From: an uncultured delta proteobacterium
GTDB lineage: Bacteria; Desulfobacterota; WTBG01
Reading direction: 5' to 3'
Length of the DNA stretch: 64,000 nucleotides
Assembly: GCA_963793865.1 (NCBI GenBank)
Contig: CAWCBP010000001.1
Location: forward strand, 1,088,001 to 1,152,000
In this document: in pieces, positions 40,890 through 50,517 of the stretch
How the letters are laid out: the number at the start of each line of letters is the position of its first letter
How positions within the stretch are numbered: position 1 is the first letter of the stretch
Position numbers and translations under genes: made by a program
Notes under the pieces: generated by a model
Seen by the model: the letters and a program-made list of their open reading frames with translations, nothing else
Databases searched by the model: none
Told to the model about the DNA's origin: nothing

Positions 40890-41834
40890 CTACGGCCGTT
40901 TGTCGAGCAGCTTGAGCATGCGCTCCGCGCAGGAATACGGATCGTCCCTGCGGCTGCACACCAGATCGATCATGCTGCCCAGTGACTGCATGCCGCGCAT
41001 CTGCTCATAGACGTACTGCGCCAGCCTGGCCTCAACCAGCTTGGTTATATCCCGCTCAATCCGCTCCTTCCGCTTCTTCTCCAGCAATGAGCTCTCCGCG
41101 AGGTAGCGGCGGTGATCCATGATCGTATTTACCAGCTCCTCGATGCCCCGGCGCTCGGTGGCGACGGTTTTGATCACCGGCTGCTTCCAGCCGCCCGAAA
41201 GGGGAGCCAGGCCCAGCATGGAGGTGAGCATGGCCACAACGTTGTCGGCTCCATCGCGATCCGCCTTGTTGACCACGAAGATATCACCGATCTCCATTAT
41301 GCCCGCTTTTATGGTTTGAATATCATCACCCAGGCCCGGGACGGAAAGAAGGACGCAGCTGTCGGCCACCTTCACGATCTCCACCTCGTCCTGCCCGATG
41401 CCGATGGTCTCAATCAGGACAAAATCCTTTCCCGAGGCGTCGAGTATTTTGATCACATCAGAGGTGGCACGGGAAAGCCCGCCCAGCCCGCCCCTGGTCC
41501 CAAGGCTCCTGAAAAACACGTTCTCCCTGACCAGCACATCATGCATCCGTACCCGGTCCCCCAGGAGCGCTCCACCGGTGAAGGGACTCGAGGGATCGAC
41601 GGCAACAATCCCGACGCTTGCCCCCCGACCGCAAAGCAGGTCCGCCACGCGGTCAACCAGGGTGCTCTTTCCGGAGCCGCCGGGACCGGTAAAACCGATG
41701 GTATACGCGCTGCCGGTATGTGGGTAGACCGCCTTCATGCAATCCATCCATCCCGGCAGCTCATTTTCAACCAAGCTGATGGCCCGCGCTACCGCGCGCT
41801 GGGATCCGCTTACAATGTCATTAATTAAGTCCAT
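40890..41834 (-). CDS. meaB: Methylmalonyl-CoA mutase-associated GTPase MeaB/ArgK
   Basis: GPGGSGKST, VDPSSPFTGGALLGDRVRM, KAGIMEI, NKAD. Confidence 0.95.
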   Translation of the reverse strand: MDLINDIVSGSQRAVARAISLVENELPGWMDCMKAVYPHTGSAYTIGFTGPGGSGKSTLVDRVADLLCGRGASVGIVAVDPSSPFTGGALLGDRVRMHDVLVRENVFFRSLGTRGGLGGLSRATSDVIKILDASGKDFVLIETIGIGQDEVEIVKVADSCVLLSVPGLGDDIQTIKAGIMEIGDIFVVNKADRDGADNVVAMLTSMLGLAPLSGGWKQPVIKTVATERRGIEELVNTIMDHRRYLAESSLLEKKRKERIERDITKLVEARLAQYVYEQMRGMQSLGSMIDLVCSRRDDPYSCAERMLKLLDKRP

Positions 41835-41861
41835 ATGCGTTGCGGGCTGACTGCGCGAAGA

Positions 41862-42260
41862 TCAGGCAGGAAGGCGCTCTTTGATGAAGGAGATTATTGT
41901 TTCGGTGGAAGTGCCGGGGCCGAAAATTTCCGCTATCCCGGCCTGCTTGAGATTTACAATGTCTTCCTGGGGAATGACCCCGCCGCCTATGACAAGAATG
42001 TTCGACAGCCCTTTTTCCTTGAGCCCCCTCATGATTGATGGGAAAAGATGGTTATGGGCTCCGGAAAGGATACTCAACAGCATGACATCAATATCCTCCT
42101 GCAGCGCGGCAGTGACAATTTGTTCCGGGGTCTGCCGCAGACCGGTGTAAATGACCTCTATGCCGGCGTCCCTGAGGGCGCGGGCTATGACCTTTGCCCC
42201 CCGGTCATGACCGTCCAATCCCGGCTTTGCCACCAGCGCCCTGATCCTTTTTTCTCCCAC
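41862..42260 (-). CDS. Cobalamin-binding small subunit of an acyl-CoA mutase
   Basis: [11 protein letters not shown] (DxHxxG), SILSGAH, GGVIP. Confidence 0.95.
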   Translation of the reverse strand: MGEKRIRALVAKPGLDGHDRGAKVIARALRDAGIEVIYTGLRQTPEQIVTAALQEDIDVMLLSILSGAHNHLFPSIMRGLKEKGLSNILVIGGGVIPQEDIVNLKQAGIAEIFGPGTSTETIISFIKERLPA

Positions 42261-42414
42261 ACAGGCCTCCTTATACAGATATGCAGTTCATCTTCATATG
42301 CGATACAAAGTCCTTCGCTACCTACCACAGTAACTTTTTGACTGTCAAGGACTTTTTCGACGGCTTGCTCCCACATGCACCTTGACATGCAACCCCGGAT
42401 TTGCTACTTAACTC

Positions 42415-42504
42415 TGGCAGGTTGTTGAAAAATAGTTTCCCTCATGCTGTTCAAAAGCATGCTCAGTAATATGTGGCTCATGGGGAGGGGGCTTTTGACG
42501 CCAC
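42415..42504. mobile_element. MITE-like element, copy 2 (partial)
   Basis: TGGCAGGTTGTTGAAAAA end plus core AAAGCATGCTCAGTAATATGTGGCTCATGGGGAGGGGGCTTTT matching 35096-35150; another end-like sequence at 42352-42369. Confidence 0.6.
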
Positions 42505-42560
42505 AACAAAATTATCCCGCTGCCGGCTCTATCTGCGGCGCGGTATGGAAAGGGAATGGT

Positions 42561-43109
42561 ATGGATCTTTTTACGGCAATCAAAGGGCGGCGAAGCGTCA
42601 GAAAATTCAGACCGGATCCGATACCCGCTGAACTCTTACGTGAAATACTTGATGCGGCCCGGTGGGCGCCCTCCTGGGCCAACACCCAGTGCTGGGAACT
42701 GATCGTTGTCAGCGACCCCGAAACGAAGCGGAAGCTGGGGGAGGCGGTGCCTCCCGGGAATCCCGCCCATGCCGCCCTCGGCCGGGCCCCCGTTGTGCTC
42801 GCGGCATGCGCACGCCTGGAGAAGGCCGGGTACTACAAGGGAAATCCGGCAACGGACAAGGGTGACTGGTACATGTTTGACGTTGCCCTGTTTATGCACA
42901 CCCTCACCCTGGCCGCTCATGCCCGGGGACTCGGTTCGGTGCACATAGGGCTCTTTGACGCACGCGCGGCCGCGGAGGTCCTTGAGGTTCCCGAGGGGGT
43001 CGCCGTGGTTGAACTTCTTCCCCTTGGTTATCCTGACGGAGAGCCATCACCCACCTCGCGGAAGGAAGTTGGTGATTTTGTTTCATACGGCACATACGGC
43101 GGCAGGTAG
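42561..43109 (+). CDS. Nitroreductase family protein
   Basis: RRSVRKF, APSWANTQCW, GLGSVHIG, LGYP. Confidence 0.93.
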   Translation: MDLFTAIKGRRSVRKFRPDPIPAELLREILDAARWAPSWANTQCWELIVVSDPETKRKLGEAVPPGNPAHAALGRAPVVLAACARLEKAGYYKGNPATDKGDWYMFDVALFMHTLTLAAHARGLGSVHIGLFDARAAAEVLEVPEGVAVVELLPLGYPDGEPSPTSRKEVGDFVSYGTYGGR

Positions 43110-43186
43110 CGCAGAGCCCTGCCACCGTTCAGACAGGTTTTACTTCAGGAACCGTCCTGCGCTTCAGTTGCATAACCGGGAGCGGC

Positions 43187-43837
43187 ATGAGCAGGGGATT
43201 TTTTATTACCTTTGAGGGTGTTGAAGGGTGCGGTAAAACCACCCAGCTGCATCTGCTGAAGGATTTTTTAATCAGCAGGGGCTTTGAGGTTACCGCCACC
43301 CGGGAGCCGGGAGGAACGACGCTGGGCGACAGCATCAGGAAGCTGGTTCTCGCCTCCGCTGCTGATCCCATTGACCACAAGGCGGAGCTGATGCTCTACG
43401 AGGCCTCGCGCGCCCAGCACATGTACGAGGTCATCGGGCCGGCGCTGGCCCGGGGGGATGTTGTTCTCTGCGACAGGTTTGGCGATGCCACCCTCGCCTA
43501 CCAGGGTTACGCGCAGGGCCTGCCCGTGGATTACATTGAAACGCTCAACCGGTTTACCACCGGCAACCGGAACCCGGACTTCACTATTTTAATCGATTGC
43601 CCGGTTGAGCTGGGGCTTGAACGGACCCGTGACAGGGCTGCCCGCACCGGCCAGGGAATATCCGAAGACCGCTTTGAGAAAAAGGACCTCTCCTTCCATG
43701 AGCGGGTGCGTCACGGCTATCTGGAGATTGCGCAGCGCAACAGGGATCGTTTCCTCATCGTCGACGGGAGCGGTGACCCGGCCGTCATCCAGTCGATGCT
43801 GCGGCCGGCGGTGCTTGAACGACTGAAACATCTGTAG
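43187..43837 (+). CDS. tmk: Thymidylate kinase
   Basis: FEGVEGCGKTTQ, REPGGT, CDRF, AYQG. Confidence 0.97.
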   Translation: MSRGFFITFEGVEGCGKTTQLHLLKDFLISRGFEVTATREPGGTTLGDSIRKLVLASAADPIDHKAELMLYEASRAQHMYEVIGPALARGDVVLCDRFGDATLAYQGYAQGLPVDYIETLNRFTTGNRNPDFTILIDCPVELGLERTRDRAARTGQGISEDRFEKKDLSFHERVRHGYLEIAQRNRDRFLIVDGSGDPAVIQSMLRPAVLERLKHL

Positions 43838-43854
43838 CAGGGGTTTTCCCGACC

Positions 43855-44892
43855 ATGGCGTTCGGATCAATTAAGGGACACGCGCAGCAGATCACCATGC
43901 TCAGAAGTGCGTTACAGCGGGGAACCGTTGCCCATGCCTATCTGTTCACCGGCATTTCCGGCATCGGCAAAATGACCGTGGCGCATGGACTTGCCAAGTC
44001 GCTCAACTGCAGCTCCGGGCTGGAAGCCGACTTTTGCGATGACTGCGCATCGTGCGTCATGATCAGCGGAGGCACCCATCCCGACGTGCAGGTGATTCAG
44101 CCCGACGGCGATTTTATAAAGATCACCCAGATCAGGACCATGCAGGAGCGCCTGCTCTATGCCCGCTTTTATGAACGCTACCGGGTGGTACTGATTGACC
44201 GGGCTGAAACCATGAACCTCCAATCCGCCAACTGTCTTCTCAAGACCATCGAAGAGCCTCCGGGAAACACGGTCATTATTTTGATTACCCCCCTTCCCTA
44301 CCAGATTCCCGCCACCATCCGTTCCCGCTGCCAGCGGGTCGCCTTCCAGCCGCTCCCTTCAAACCAGATCGAGGAATCGCTGCGGGAGATGCTGGGGGCG
44401 GATTCATCCGGCACCTACCGGCTTGCTGCCGGCATGGCCGGCGGCAGTCTGGGCCGCGCGCTCCGATGGCAGGAGACCGGCATGCTCGCCAGAAGGCAGC
44501 AGCTGCTCGCCCTGCTTTCGGGACCCAACCCGCCGCGCTTAAACGCCCTCCTCGACTGTGCTGATGAGCTGGGCGAAGACCGCGGTGAGCTCCTGGAGCT
44601 GCTTGATCTCTTGCGCTTGTGGATGCGTGATGTTATGATTGCCGGGGAGACGGGAGCGGAAGCGGATATTTTAAACATCGACCTCGCCGGCGAGGTCATG
44701 GCGGCTGCCCGCCGGCTCAGCCTGCCCCATCTCTTCCGGCAGGACATGCTGATCGCGGAGGTTCAGGCGGCACTGAAGGGACCGGCGAATCCCAGGCTGG
44801 CCATTGAGCGGCTGCTGCTCGCGCTGGCCCTTGCTCCCGGCGGCAGCGAAGCCGCGACGCCGGTTAACAATCCTACCATGCCTGCCAATTGA
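43855..44892 (+). CDS. holB: DNA polymerase III delta-prime subunit
   Basis: HAYLFTG, zinc-binding cysteines, HPD, ANCLLKTIEEPP, TIRSRCQ. Confidence 0.95.
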   Translation: MAFGSIKGHAQQITMLRSALQRGTVAHAYLFTGISGIGKMTVAHGLAKSLNCSSGLEADFCDDCASCVMISGGTHPDVQVIQPDGDFIKITQIRTMQERLLYARFYERYRVVLIDRAETMNLQSANCLLKTIEEPPGNTVIILITPLPYQIPATIRSRCQRVAFQPLPSNQIEESLREMLGADSSGTYRLAAGMAGGSLGRALRWQETGMLARRQQLLALLSGPNPPRLNALLDCADELGEDRGELLELLDLLRLWMRDVMIAGETGAEADILNIDLAGEVMAAARRLSLPHLFRQDMLIAEVQAALKGPANPRLAIERLLLALALAPGGSEAATPVNNPTMPAN

Positions 44893-44899
44893 GGTTTTT

Positions 44900-45730
44900 A
44901 TGATAAAGCGAATGGCACAAATCAGGTTTTTGAGGGGCAATCTCGCCGCCATGTGCGACGCGCGCGACCTTGACCTGGCTGCAGGCGACAGGGTGATGGT
45001 GGAGTGGGAGGATGCGCTTAAAATGGGTTCCGTCGTCTCCTTCAAGGAGGTTGAAACCGGAGACCCCCTCCCCAAGCACTATGCCCGGGTGATACGCAAG
45101 GCAACCGAGGCCGATCTCGATTACGAATCGCGGAAGGAGCCCAAGGAGCGGGATGTATACCGCGCCTGCGTCCAGAAGATCAAAGAGGCGGGGCTCCCCA
45201 TGATCCTGATTGACGTGGAGTACGTCCCCGCTTCCAACAAATTCATCTGCTCCTTTACCGCTGACGGCAGAGTGGATTTTCGCAACCTGGTCAAAACCCT
45301 CGCATCCGATTTTCATGCCCGGGTTGAAATGAAGCAGATCGGCGCGCGAAACCGCTCCAAGCTCATCGGGGGAACCGGGCGCTGCGGCCGGGTGCTCTGC
45401 TGCGCCTCCTTCCTCCAGGATTTTGATCCCATAACCGTGCGCATGGCCAAGGACCAGGGATTGTCCCTGGACCCCACGAAAATATCCGGCGTCTGCGGAC
45501 GCCTGATGTGCTGCCTTTCCTATGAGCACGAGACCTACTGCGGCTATAAAAAGCACCTTCCCAAGTGCGGGAAAAAGGTGACCATGGAGTGCGGGGCGGG
45601 AAAAATCACCAAGCAGGACATTTTGCGGCAGCGGGTCTGGGTTAAGCTTGATGCCGGCGGCAAGGAAGTGGAAGTAACGCTCGAGGATCTGAAGAAGGAG
45701 GGGCTGCTCAAGCCCGCGAAAAAAAAGTGA
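44900..45730 (+). CDS. ricT: PSP1/RicT (YaaT) family protein
   Basis: GRVDFRNLVK, CGRVLCC, KISGVCGRLMCCLSYE. Confidence 0.92.
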   Translation: MIKRMAQIRFLRGNLAAMCDARDLDLAAGDRVMVEWEDALKMGSVVSFKEVETGDPLPKHYARVIRKATEADLDYESRKEPKERDVYRACVQKIKEAGLPMILIDVEYVPASNKFICSFTADGRVDFRNLVKTLASDFHARVEMKQIGARNRSKLIGGTGRCGRVLCCASFLQDFDPITVRMAKDQGLSLDPTKISGVCGRLMCCLSYEHETYCGYKKHLPKCGKKVTMECGAGKITKQDILRQRVWVKLDAGGKEVEVTLEDLKKEGLLKPAKKK

Positions 45731-45743
45731 GGCATCACTAGCC

Positions 45744-47282
45744 ATGTCCGGCACCTTTTTTGTCACCACCCCCATCTATTACGTCAACGATGTCCCGCAC
45801 ATCGGCCACGCCTACACCACCGTGGCCGCCGATGTGCTCGCCCGCTACCACCGCCTGGCCGGTGACACCGTGCTGTTTATCACCGGCACCGATGAGCACG
45901 GGCAGAAGGTGCAGGATGCGGCCCGCAGGCGCGGCATATCCCCCCAGCTGCACTGCGATGAAATGGTCCTCCGCTATCGCGAGCTCTGGTCGGCGCTCAA
46001 CATTTCCAACGATGATTTCATCCGCACCACGGAGGACCGGCACAAGAAAATCGTCCGGGAGGTCCTGGCGGAACTGCACGCCCGGGGAGATATTTACAAG
46101 ACCAGCTATGAAGGGTGGTACTGCGTCCCTGATGAGCGCTTCTGGACGGAAAAGGATCTTGCCGGCGGCAGGTGTCCCGAGTGCGGGCGCGAGGTTCAGC
46201 AGATAGAGGAATCAAACTACTTCTTCCGCATGAGCAGCTACCAGCAATGGCTCATCAGCTACATCGATGAGCACAGGGATTTCATTCTGCCCCGGACCCG
46301 CCGCAATGAGATCCTGGGCTTCCTGCGGCAGCCGCTCACCGATCTCTGCATCTCCCGCCCTCGTCAGCGCCTCTCCTGGGGAATCCCCATTCCCTTTGAC
46401 GAGGAGTACGTCACCTACGTCTGGTTTGACGCGCTCATCAACTACGTGAGCACGGCCGGCTACCGTACCCGGGACCGGGAATTTTTTCCCTTCTGGGAAA
46501 ACGCCGTCCACCTTATCGGCAAGGACATCCTCACCACCCATTGCGTGTACTGGCCCACCATGCTCAGGGCGCTGGGCTTAAACCCGCCCCGCACCATTTT
46601 TGCGCACGGATGGTGGACCGTCGAGGGACAAAAAATGTCCAAGTCGCTCAATAACGTTGTTGACCCGGGCAGTCTCGTCAGGGACTTTGGCGTTGATGCC
46701 GTCCGCTTCTTTCTCCTGCGGGAAGGCACCTTCGGCCTGGATGCCGACTTTTCCCGCACGGCCTTCATTCACCGGGTCAACGGCGATCTGGCCAACGACC
46801 TGGGCAACCTCTTCAACCGCACACTGGCCATGACTTCAAAATACTTCGGCGGCGTCATACCCGCGCCTTCAACCCCCGGGGACAGTGACCGGCGGCTGCA
46901 GGAAACGGCAGTGGAGGCGGTCAAAAAGGTACATGCCGCCATGGAGGAAATCGCCTTCCACCGGGCGCTTGACGCCGTCTGGGAGCTGGTGGGCATGACC
47001 AACAAGTACATTGATGAAAGCGCCCCCTGGTCCCTGGCCAAACGGGCCGGCGGTGAAGAGCAGCTGGCAACGGTCATGTATCACGTGCTTGAATCTCTCC
47101 GCTTCATCGCCGTTCTGCTCTTTCCCTTCATCCCCGCATCTGCGGAGCGCATGCGGGAGGCGCTGGGCATACAGGAGCAGCCGGACAGCAGCAGCCTTGA
47201 CTCCCTCAGGCAGTGGGGCGCCATGATGCCCGGAAATCCGGTAACCCACATACCCCAGCTCTTTCCGCGCATTGAGACGTAA
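45744..47282 (+). CDS. metG: Methionine--tRNA ligase (short form, no C-terminal Trbp domain)
   Basis: HIGH, YVWFDAL, KMSKS; ends at LFPRIE. Confidence 0.97.
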   Translation: MSGTFFVTTPIYYVNDVPHIGHAYTTVAADVLARYHRLAGDTVLFITGTDEHGQKVQDAARRRGISPQLHCDEMVLRYRELWSALNISNDDFIRTTEDRHKKIVREVLAELHARGDIYKTSYEGWYCVPDERFWTEKDLAGGRCPECGREVQQIEESNYFFRMSSYQQWLISYIDEHRDFILPRTRRNEILGFLRQPLTDLCISRPRQRLSWGIPIPFDEEYVTYVWFDALINYVSTAGYRTRDREFFPFWENAVHLIGKDILTTHCVYWPTMLRALGLNPPRTIFAHGWWTVEGQKMSKSLNNVVDPGSLVRDFGVDAVRFFLLREGTFGLDADFSRTAFIHRVNGDLANDLGNLFNRTLAMTSKYFGGVIPAPSTPGDSDRRLQETAVEAVKKVHAAMEEIAFHRALDAVWELVGMTNKYIDESAPWSLAKRAGGEEQLATVMYHVLESLRFIAVLLFPFIPASAERMREALGIQEQPDSSSLDSLRQWGAMMPGNPVTHIPQLFPRIET

Positions 47283-47293
47283 CCCGCACAGCC

Positions 47294-47866
47294 ATGGCTA
47301 AACCCATTTTTAATCTCGCCAATAACATAACCCTCTTCAGGATCGTTCTCGTGCCCATCCTGATCGTGATTGTGCTCGATTCCAGCAGCAGGTCCTCCTG
47401 CCTCATCGCAGCGCTGCTTTTTGCCTTTGCCGCGTTTACGGACTGGCTCGACGGCTACATCGCGCGCCGGCAGAACCTGGTGACCTCCCTGGGGAAATTT
47501 CTTGATCCGCTGGCCGACAAGCTGCTGGTCAGCGTCACCCTGATCATGCTCCTTTCACTCAAGCGGGTGCCCGCGTGGATGGTCGCGGTCATTATTGCCC
47601 GGGAAGTTGGCGTGACCGGCCTGCGCATTGCCGCGGCGAGTGACGGCATCATCATGGCATCAAGCAGGCTGGCCAAATACAAGACCGCCTTCCAGCTGGT
47701 TGCAGTCGTAGCGCTGCTCATCCACTACACCTATGCCGGCATAGACTTTCACCTGGTCGGAATGATCGTGCTCTGGATTGCCCTGTTTGTTACCCTCTGG
47801 TCGGGTATTGTCTATTTCATCAGGTTTTTCAAAAAAACCCTCTCCCCCACCCAGGGGTCGCAGTGA
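47294..47866 (+). CDS. pgsA: CDP-diacylglycerol--glycerol-3-phosphate 3-phosphatidyltransferase
   Basis: DWLDGYIARR...GKFLDPLADK. Confidence 0.95.
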   Translation: MAKPIFNLANNITLFRIVLVPILIVIVLDSSSRSSCLIAALLFAFAAFTDWLDGYIARRQNLVTSLGKFLDPLADKLLVSVTLIMLLSLKRVPAWMVAVIIAREVGVTGLRIAAASDGIIMASSRLAKYKTAFQLVAVVALLIHYTYAGIDFHLVGMIVLWIALFVTLWSGIVYFIRFFKKTLSPTQGSQ

Positions 47867-47964
47867 TGCTGCGCAACATAAACCCGCCAGGCTCATCAGG
47901 CGTGGGGGAATCATGTTCTTCCCCTCGGGAGTGCCGCACATCATGATCACCAGGCGCTGCTTGC

Positions 47965-49131
47965 ATGGATAACCAAGGAAATCAAGCTGCCGCGCGGGTG
48001 TCCATCTCCCGCTGCCCCGACTATCAGCCCGATCACGTCTACCGCAGTATCAAGTCATCCATCGAGCACCTCGGGGGCATGGGAAAATTTGTATCCGCAG
48101 GCGACCGGGTGCTGCTCAAGCCCAATTTTCTCATCGGCAGGTCTCCGGAGCGCTGCGTCAACACCCATCCCGCAGTGGTCCGGGCCGTGGCCAGGCTGGT
48201 GCTCGAGGCGGGCGGAAAGCCTTTTATCGGCGACAGCCCGCAGCTGGGCAGCGCGAAGGGTGTGGCCCAAAAATGTCATATTGACGAGGTCGCCCGGGAG
48301 CTTGGCATAGACATTGTCGAGTTTGAGCCGGTTGAGGTTAAAAATGAACGGGGGAAATACTACCGCCGGTTCGTCGTCGGCAGGGAGGTGCTTGATGCCG
48401 ACGTGCTCATCAACCTCCCCAAGCTCAAGACCCACAGCATGACCCTGCTCACCCTGGCGGTTAAGAATCTGTTCGGCTGCATCCCCGGCCCCCGCAAGGC
48501 GCAGTGGCACTTCAGGCTCTCCCGGAACGGACCTGAATACTTCGCCAGGATGCTGCTGGACCTGTACAGCCTGATCCGGCCGCCGCTCACCATCGTTGAC
48601 GGCATCGTCGCCATGGAAGGCCGCGGGCCGGGCTCCGGTGATCCGCGCCGCCTGGGCCTTATTATCTCCGGCACGGATGCGGTCGCCGTGGACGCGGTCA
48701 CAACCGAGATCCTCGGGGTGGATCCGCAGGACTACCCCACGCTCCGGCTCGCCCTGAGCGAAGGCTACGGCATACCGCGGCTGCGCGACATTGACGTGGC
48801 CGGCGAAGAAATTGATGCGGTCAGGGTTAAGGACTTCATCCTGCCGGTCATGATTTCGGCACCCGGCTCCGCGCGGGCGCTCCTCATGAAGGTGATGAAA
48901 GGCCCCCTTACCACCAGGCCGGTCATAGACGGCAAGCGATGCCGTGGCTGCGCCGGCTGCATGCAGGCGTGCCCGGCAGGCTGCATTACCGAAGATGGAG
49001 AGACGTATACCATCAGCCCCGGGAAGTGCATTCAGTGCCTGTGCTGCATGGAGGTCTGCCCCGAGGGCGCCATTGACCTCAGGGATGGATTCCTGCTTGC
49101 GGCCTTTAAAAAACTGTCTGGGAAACATTGA
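47965..49131 (+). CDS. DUF362 domain protein with 2x[4Fe-4S] ferredoxin C-terminus
   Basis: LKPN, THP, PKLKTH, AVKNLFG, MEG.GP; two CxxCxxCxxxCP motifs. Confidence 0.9.
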   Translation: MDNQGNQAAARVSISRCPDYQPDHVYRSIKSSIEHLGGMGKFVSAGDRVLLKPNFLIGRSPERCVNTHPAVVRAVARLVLEAGGKPFIGDSPQLGSAKGVAQKCHIDEVARELGIDIVEFEPVEVKNERGKYYRRFVVGREVLDADVLINLPKLKTHSMTLLTLAVKNLFGCIPGPRKAQWHFRLSRNGPEYFARMLLDLYSLIRPPLTIVDGIVAMEGRGPGSGDPRRLGLIISGTDAVAVDAVTTEILGVDPQDYPTLRLALSEGYGIPRLRDIDVAGEEIDAVRVKDFILPVMISAPGSARALLMKVMKGPLTTRPVIDGKRCRGCAGCMQACPAGCITEDGETYTISPGKCIQCLCCMEVCPEGAIDLRDGFLLAAFKKLSGKH

Positions 49132-49203
49132 CGCGTTCTCTCAGTCGATCACTTCGCCTGAATGAAAGACTGGGACCCTTGTGGATGGAGTTCCGAAGGT
49201 CAC

Positions 49204-50121
49204 ATGAAGAAGCATGTTCTGTTCACGATCTTTCTCCTTGCAGGCAGCTCCGGGCTATTGAACTGCTGTGCGCAGCAGGGTGACGAAACGCCGCCCGCGG
49301 AGGGCGGCGCTCAAAGCCGGCTTACCTTTTCAACATCCGCCAGGGACGGCGCATTGATGGTGCTCATACCGGAGGGTAATTTCTTTATGGGCGATCCCGC
49401 CGGGGAGGAGGTATACTACGACGAGAATCCCTGCCGCACCATACATCTCGACGCCTTCTGGATCGATTGCTACGAAGTTACCAACAGGCACTATAAGCGC
49501 TTCGTTGATGAAACGGGACATCGTGCCCCATTCGTGGATACCGACTGGGCCCGGCCCTATAACTGGATAAACAACACCTACCCGCCCGGAACGGCCGATT
49601 TCCCCGTGGTGCTGATCAGCTGGGAGGATGCGGCGGCTTACGCCGGGTGGGCGGGCAAGCGCCTTCCCACTGAGGCGGAGTGGGAGAAGGCATCCCGCGG
49701 CGGGCTGGAAAAAAAACGGTATCCCTGGGGCGATGCGATTGATGCACAACATGCCAACCATTTCACCAGCATCACCGCCCGGAATGGGCTGAAGCCGGTC
49801 GGTTCCTTCCCCGCCAACGCCTATGGCCTGCATGATATGGCGGGGAACGTCTGGGAATGGTGCAGCGACTGGTACGGGCAGACCTATTACCGGGGGGCTC
49901 CTGAAGCCAACCCCCGGGGACCGGAGTCAGGCTTGTATCGTGTTTTTCGCGGGGGAGCATGGGTAAACCGGGGAGAGCAGCTGCGATGTTCTGAACGCGC
50001 CAGAAATGTCCCCTCTCACCAGAGTCACATCATCGGGTTCCGCTGCGCCCGCCCGGCTGAAGCGGGAGAGGCACCTGCAGGAGGAATACAGGCGCGGCAG
50101 GATGCAAATCCATCCTCGTAA
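49204..50121 (+). CDS. FGE-sulfatase (SUMF1/EgtB/PvdO-like) domain exported protein
   Basis: EVTN, RLPTEAEWEKA, GLHDMAGNVWEW, RGGAW, IGFRC; signal peptide. Confidence 0.9.
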   Translation: MKKHVLFTIFLLAGSSGLLNCCAQQGDETPPAEGGAQSRLTFSTSARDGALMVLIPEGNFFMGDPAGEEVYYDENPCRTIHLDAFWIDCYEVTNRHYKRFVDETGHRAPFVDTDWARPYNWINNTYPPGTADFPVVLISWEDAAAYAGWAGKRLPTEAEWEKASRGGLEKKRYPWGDAIDAQHANHFTSITARNGLKPVGSFPANAYGLHDMAGNVWEWCSDWYGQTYYRGAPEANPRGPESGLYRVFRGGAWVNRGEQLRCSERARNVPSHQSHIIGFRCARPAEAGEAPAGGIQARQDANPSS

Positions 50122-50149
50122 AATGGTTTTTTATCATTGTATGATGGAT

Positions 50150-50517
50150 GTGGGGTGAAATATTTTTCGCCCATACAAATAGAATGGCATTTCTGTAGGG
50201 GCGAACCTGTGTGTTCGCCCTTATTGTACCTGTGCATTCAGGGCAGACACATAGGTCTGTCCCTACGGATACAACGGTACCATCATTTGGGCAGACACAT
50301 AGGTCTGCCCCTACCGAAACAACATTGTGATCATTTGGGAAAACACGCATTCGGGGATTCTGTCCAATTCGATATCATTGCAAACCATTGAATGATTTCC
50401 TGTGCATTCAGGGCAGACACATAGGTCTGCCCCTACGGATACAACGGTACCATCATCTGGGCAGACACATAGGTCTGCCCCTACAGAAACAACATTATGA
50501 TCATTTGGGAAAACACG
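50150..50517. repeat. REP cluster downstream of the RAYT gene, including a ~119-bp direct repeat with 170-bp period
   Basis: GGGCAGACACATAGGTCTGYCCCTAC at 50241, 50289, 50411 and 50459; GTAGGGGCGAACCTGTGTGTTCGCCC at 50195; degenerate REP at 50150. Confidence 0.92.

Noticed and set aside
42261..42414. Cobalamin riboswitch upstream of the B12-binding subunit
   Set aside because: No B12-box or GGGAA/GCCACTG core motifs recognised
48055..49128. Long antisense ORFs (also 35681-36757, 44873-45775, 13693-14565, 56700-57644)
   Set aside because: They shadow well-supported genes on the opposite strand, are expected at this GC content and show no recognisable motifs
50241..50484. CRISPR-like repeat-spacer pattern
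   Set aside because: The repeats are GTAG REP hairpins, the spacers resemble each other and are duplicated, spacing is irregular and there are no cas genes; a RAYT is adjacent
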